Source: Planctomycetota bacterium
GTDB taxonomy: Bacteria; Planctomycetota; PLA2; JAEUHO01
Reading direction: 5' to 3'
Assembly: GCA_964228555.1 (NCBI GenBank)
Contig: CAXQZU010000036.1
Span: 39,867-103,866, forward strand
Length of the DNA: 64,000 bases
A model generated the notes under the pieces. That model ran no database searches. It was given only the letters and a program-made list of their open reading frames with translations, and was not told where the DNA came from. Below, piece by piece: positions 52,991 through 64,000 of this stretch (the stretch's first letter is position 1; each line of letters starts with the position of its first letter). The position numbers and the translations under genes are program-made.

Positions 52991-53350
52991 ATGAGCCCGG
53001 GCCCCACGCCGCCCACGCCCCCCACGCCCGCCGGGACAGCCCCGGTCGCAGCGCCCACGATCGACGCGGCGCTGGTGCGTCGCGTGGCCGCCCTGGCGCG
53101 GCTGGAGGTGGACGAGGCGCGGCTGCCCGCCCTCACCGAGCAGTTCCGCCGCATCCTCGACCTCGTGGGCGCGGTGGCTGCCATCGAGGTGCCGCCCGCC
53201 GCCGGCGCGCTGCTGCCGCCCGCCTCGCTGGAGCAGCTGCGGCCCGACGAGCCCGGCCCCACGCTGGGCCGGCGCGAGGTCTCCCGCAACGCGCCCGCCC
53301 ACGACGGCGCCTTCCTCGTGGTGCCCCGCTTCCGCGGCGACGAGGACTAG
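52991..53350 (+). CDS. gatC: Glutamyl/aspartyl-tRNA amidotransferase subunit C
   Basis: ...IDAALVRRVAALARLEVDEARLPALTEQFRRILDLVGAVAAIEV...LRPDEP, with a Pro/Thr-rich N-terminal extension. It is directly followed by gatA. Confidence 0.8.
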   Translation: MSPGPTPPTPPTPAGTAPVAAPTIDAALVRRVAALARLEVDEARLPALTEQFRRILDLVGAVAAIEVPPAAGALLPPASLEQLRPDEPGPTLGRREVSRNAPAHDGAFLVVPRFRGDED

Positions 53351-54828
53351 GTGGCCCACGCCCTCGACCTCCCCGTGGCCGAGATGGCCCGCCGCGTGCG
53401 CGACCCGCGCGACCCGCTCACCGCGCGCGTGCTGGTGGACGAGTCCTTGCGCCGCATCGAGGCCCTCGACGGGCGGGTGAAGGCCTTCCTGCACGTCGCC
53501 CCGGACCTCGCGCGCGCCCAGGCCGGCGCCGTGGACGCCGCCGTCACGGCGGGCCGCGACCCGGGCCCGCTGGCCGGCGTGCCGCTGGCGGTCAAGGACA
53601 ACCTCGAGGTGGCCGGCCTGCCGCTGACCTGTGCCTCGCGCATGCTCGCGGGCTACGTGGCGCCGCGCGACGCCACGGCCGTGGCACGCGCCGTGGCCGC
53701 CGGCTGCTGCGTGGTGGGCAAGGCCAACCTCGACGAGTTCGCGATGGGCTCCTCCACCGAGAACTCGGCCTTCGGGCCCACGCGCAACCCCCATGACCTG
53801 GCACGCGTGCCCGGCGGATCCTCGGGCGGCAGTGCCGCCGCGGTGGCGGCGCGCATGGTGCCGCTGGCGCTGGGCAGCGACACGGGCGGCAGCATCCGGC
53901 AGCCCGCCGCGCTCACGGGCCTCGTGGGCTTCAAGCCCTCCTACGGCCGCGTCTCGCGCAGCGGCCTGGTGGCGTTCGCCTCCAGCCTCGACCAGGTGGG
54001 CCCGCTGGCCCGCAGCGTGGAGGACGCCGCGCTGCTCTTCCGCGCGATGCGCGGCCACGACGCACTGGATGCCACCACCCGCCGGGACGTGGAGGCAGCG
54101 TGCCCCCTGCCCTCGCTGGCGGGGCTGCGCGTGGGACGCGTGGCCGAGCTCGAGCTGGGCGAGCGGCCCGACGCGGGCACGGCTGCCGCGCTGGCGCGCG
54201 CGCGCGCCGCGCTGGCCGGCGCCGGCGCGCACGAGGTGGAGCTCTCCATCCCGCTGGCAGGCGCCGCCGGGCTGCCCATCTACTACATCGTGGCGCCCGC
54301 CGAGGCCTCGTCGAACCTGGCGCGCTTCGACGGCATCCGCTACGGCCTGCGCGTCCCGGGCGAGGGCCTCGAGGGGCTGTACGCCGCCACGCGCGGGCAG
54401 GGCTTCGGTGCCGAGGTGCAGCGACGCATCCTCGTGGGCACCTTCGTGCTCTCGGCCGGCTACGCCGACGCCTACTACAAGCGCGCGATGGCCGCTCGGC
54501 AGGCGCTGGCCGCCGCGCTGGAGCAGGCCTTCACGCAGGCCGACGTGCTGCTGACGGCGACCACCCCCACGCCCGCCTTCCGGCTGGGCGAGAAGGCCTC
54601 CGACCCGCTGGCCATGTACCTGTGCGACGCGCTCACGGTGCCGGCCAACCTCGCCGGCGTGCCGGCGATCTCGCTGCCGGCCGGGGTGGACGCCCAAGGC
54701 CTCCCCATCGGCCTGCAGCTGTGGGCCCGCGCGGGCGCCGACGAGGCGCTGCTGGCCGCGGCGGCGGCCGTGGAGCGCCTGCTGGCCACGCCGTCCCCGC
54801 TGCCGGCGCTGGCGCGCGAGGTGGGCGC

Positions 54829-54832
<4 letters not shown>
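53351..54832 (+). CDS. gatA: Glutamyl/aspartyl-tRNA amidotransferase subunit A
   Basis: ...GVPLAVKDNLEVAGLPLTCASRML...GKANLDEFAMGSSTENSAFGPTRNP...GGSSGGSAAAVAA...GSDTGGSIRQPAA is the amidase signature. A GTG start immediately follows the gatC TAG. Confidence 0.93.
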
Positions 54833-56298
<1,466 letters not shown>

Positions 56299-56402
56299 CC
56301 CGCGAGGGCCCCGGCGCACCCGGGCCACCGAGGGAGGCTGGCCCGGGCAGGCGGGCGCGCCGCTCCCGGCCCTATGCTGGCGCCTCTCGCGAGGAGTGCC
56401 CC

Positions 56403-58025
56403 ATGAGCGCCCTGTGCATGCCGCCGTCCCGTGCCCTCCCGACCCTGGCCCTGCTGGCCCTCAGCCTGCTGGGCCTGCGCGGCGCCCCGCTGGCAGCCGA
56501 GCCGCCGGCGGCCGCCAAGCCGGGCGACACGATCGGCTGGGTGCAGCCCGTGACGGCCGCCTACGAGGCCGCGGCGCGCGAGAAGAAGCCGCTGATGATC
56601 TGCATCAACAGCGAGCGCGTGGACGGGGGCCGGGTCGAGGCCGCGGCCAAGGAGCTGCGCGAGGCCACCTACAAGGACCCCGCGGTGGTGACCCGCTCGC
56701 GCGAGTTCGTGTGCTGCTTCCTCACCTCGGGCGGCTCCTCGGACGACTTCGGCGAGCTGCGCGCGCGCTACCAGATCGAGGGCCTGATCGTCTCGCCCCA
56801 GCACATCTTCGCCTTCCCCGACGGCACGCTGATCGGGCGCCACGAGTACTGGCCGCACGGCACGGGCGAGCGCTCGGTGAAGGCGCTGCTGGGCCTGATG
56901 GACGGTGCGCTGGCGCGCGTGAAGGCGCAGGCCGGCCTGCCGCCCACGCCTCCCACGCCGGCGCCGGGCGCCACGCCCGAGGCGGCCCCGCTGCCGGCCC
57001 CGGGCGGCGGCGACGCGGCCACGGTCCAGCAGCAGCTGCTGCTGGCCGTGGCGGAGGGTCCCGCCGAGCGACGCAAGGAGGCCCTGCGCCGGCTGCTGTT
57101 CGAGGACAAGGACGGCACGAACCTGCAGGCCCTGCTGGGCCTGTGGCCGCAGCTGGTGGCTGCCAAGGACGTGGCGGCGCAGGTGGACGTGGTGCGAGCG
57201 CTGGGCCGCCCGGGGCTGGTGGCCGCCACGCCGCTGCTGGGCGAGGCCCTGGAGGCCAAGGACGTCGAGTTGCGGGCCAACGCGGCCGTGAGCCTCGAGT
57301 ACGTGGGCGACCCGGCCGCCGCGGACGCGCTCAAGGGCCGGCTGGACCGCGAGAAGGACGAGCTGGTCCTCTGCCACGTGATGCGCGCGCTGGGCCGCTG
57401 CGCCGCCGCCGACCCCGAGAAGGGCGGTCGCTCCTCCGCCCGCTCGGCGCTGGACAAGCGCGTGGCCTCCAGCAAGACCGAGGCGCTCTCGTGCGCCGCC
57501 ACCATCGGGCTGGCCTACTTCGACAAGGACCCGGCCGCGGCCCGGGCGCTGGAAGAGCACCTGCAGAAGGTGGGCGTGCCCGCCTTCGGCCGCCGTGGCG
57601 GCCAGGGCGCCAACACGCAGAAGCGCACCTACCTCGCCTGGGCGCTGGCCGAGGTCGGTGACCCCAAGAGCAGCGAGTTCATGCGCAAGAAGATGCTGCC
57701 TGCGATGGACAACGTGGATGGCGGCTGGCTGGTGCAGGGCATCCGCACCTTCTACGACGCGGTGGCGGACGTGTGCGAGGGCAAGGCCGAGCAGATGGCC
57801 ACCGTCGAGGGCGGCGTGCAGTTCGTGATCCGCGGCGCCGAGACGCCGCTGAAGGACGATGCCCGCCGCGGCCGCGACGACGCCGGCTTCACGCCGCTGG
57901 CCGACTGGGACCCGGGTGCGGGCGGCCAGGGCGGCCCCGGCGGCTTCCCGGGCGGCCTGCCCGGCGGCAACCCGGGCGCGGGCGGCTTCCCGGGCATGCC
58001 CGGCGGCCAGGGCGGGCCGCGCTAG
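56403..58025 (+). CDS. Secreted thioredoxin-fold (no CxxC) / HEAT-repeat protein with a Gly/Pro-rich C-terminal tail (540 aa)
   Basis: Signal peptide MSALCMPPSRALPTLALLALSLLGLRGAPLAAEP. Thioredoxin-like region ...KKPLMICINSERVDGG...FVCCFL... without a CxxC. HEAT-like repeats (VDVVRALGRPG...ANAAVSLEYVGDPAAADAL...VMRALGRCAAAD). Tail GAGGQGGPGGFPGGLPGGNPGAGGFPGMPGGQGGPR. GAGGAG RBS 6 nt upstream. Confidence 0.65.
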   Translation: MSALCMPPSRALPTLALLALSLLGLRGAPLAAEPPAAAKPGDTIGWVQPVTAAYEAAAREKKPLMICINSERVDGGRVEAAAKELREATYKDPAVVTRSREFVCCFLTSGGSSDDFGELRARYQIEGLIVSPQHIFAFPDGTLIGRHEYWPHGTGERSVKALLGLMDGALARVKAQAGLPPTPPTPAPGATPEAAPLPAPGGGDAATVQQQLLLAVAEGPAERRKEALRRLLFEDKDGTNLQALLGLWPQLVAAKDVAAQVDVVRALGRPGLVAATPLLGEALEAKDVELRANAAVSLEYVGDPAAADALKGRLDREKDELVLCHVMRALGRCAAADPEKGGRSSARSALDKRVASSKTEALSCAATIGLAYFDKDPAAARALEEHLQKVGVPAFGRRGGQGANTQKRTYLAWALAEVGDPKSSEFMRKKMLPAMDNVDGGWLVQGIRTFYDAVADVCEGKAEQMATVEGGVQFVIRGAETPLKDDARRGRDDAGFTPLADWDPGAGGQGGPGGFPGGLPGGNPGAGGFPGMPGGQGGPR

Positions 58026-58074
58026 CGGCGAGCGAGGGGCCGTTGCGGGCCCGTGCCGCTACCATCCGGGCCCC

Positions 58075-58671
<597 letters not shown>

Positions 58672-58701
58672 GGCCGCGGCAGGCGCGCCCTGCTCGCGGC
58701 C
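58672..58701. terminator. GC-rich hairpin between convergent orn and guaA
   Basis: GGCCGCGGCAGG-cgcgcc-CCTGCtCGCGGCC has a stem of about 12 bp with a single bulge. It lies immediately after the orn TAG. Confidence 0.35.
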
Positions 58702-58720
58702 GGCGGCGGCCGTGGCCGCA

Positions 58721-63748
<5,028 letters not shown>

Positions 63749-63752
<4 letters not shown>

Positions 63753-64000
63753 GCGCGAGCCACCGGCCGGCACAGCCCCAGCGTGGCGAGCACGGCGCCC
63801 AGCCGCGCCCCGGCCGGGACCAGTGCGTGGGCCGCCCCAGCATGCCGGCAGGCGCGCGCCAGTGCCCGCTGGCGGCGCTGCCAGCCCTCGGCGAGCGCCT
63901 GCAGCAGGCCCGGCGTGACGTCGATCTCGACGCGCTCGCCCGTCTCGGCGTCCACCGCCTCCACGGACCGGCCCAGGGGCAGGTCCACGTCGGCGCGGTC
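63749..64000 (-). CDS. C-terminal fragment of a DUF58-like protein whose N-terminus lies beyond the right edge
   Basis: The tail ...LLQALAEGWQRRQRALARACRHAG resembles the C-terminus of the DUF58 protein at 12504..13430 (...LAELEGFRRMLRRACLANR). Its stop overlaps the BatA-like ATG (ATGA). Confidence 0.4.

Overview
This is a 64-kb window from a bacterial chromosome that is very GC-rich, roughly 74–75% G+C by eye. Because stop codons are rare at this GC content, the six-frame track is full of long spurious ORFs. I called genes only where the protein is recognisable or clearly not the Arg/Ala/Gly/Pro-rich type that spurious high-GC ORFs produce. I support 39 protein-coding genes. By eye I found no rRNA, tRNA, CRISPR array or mobile element. 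In a few places my reading of the numbered sequence lines and the ORF-track frames disagreed by one base; I followed the ORF-track frame there, so coordinates may be off by 1 nt.

Gene content, left to right:
- On the minus strand, a mixed biosynthetic operon: pssA, a FolK::PanC fusion, panD, ispE, and an AroD::AroE fusion that runs off the left edge.
- On the plus strand, ppdK, eno, and an ftsB-like gene.
- A roughly 23-kb plus-strand array with almost no intergenic space. A secreted β-propeller gene precedes a MoxR AAA+ ATPase, a DUF58 protein and two BatA/BatB-like transmembrane VWA proteins. Seven further genes follow: a 1439-aa TPR/β-propeller protein, two secreted squalene-cyclase-like α/α-toroid proteins (one with a Sec signal, one with a Tat signal), an 865-aa multi-transmembrane protein, an 1138-aa secreted Ala/Glu/Gln/Arg coiled-coil protein, and a Gly/Gln/Pro-rich secreted protein. 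This array is the best candidate here for an uncharacterised envelope system.
- Then a LarE-like PP-loop ATPase, a 927-aa Gly-rich lipoprotein, a TPR protein, a stand-alone EF-G paralog, a membrane HEAT-repeat protein, a tricorn-protease homolog, and rho with an Arg/Gly-rich N-terminal region.
- Then tig-clpP-clpX-rlmN-gatC-gatA-gatB, a thioredoxin-like/HEAT secreted protein, orn, and guaB-guaA.
- At the right edge, a second partial DUF58 plus BatA-like module.

Several GC-rich hairpins sit between convergent genes and probably act as terminators. The lineage is uncertain. The Tat signals, lipoproteins and Bat-like operons point to a diderm bacterium, possibly Myxococcota, Planctomycetota or Gemmatimonadota-like.
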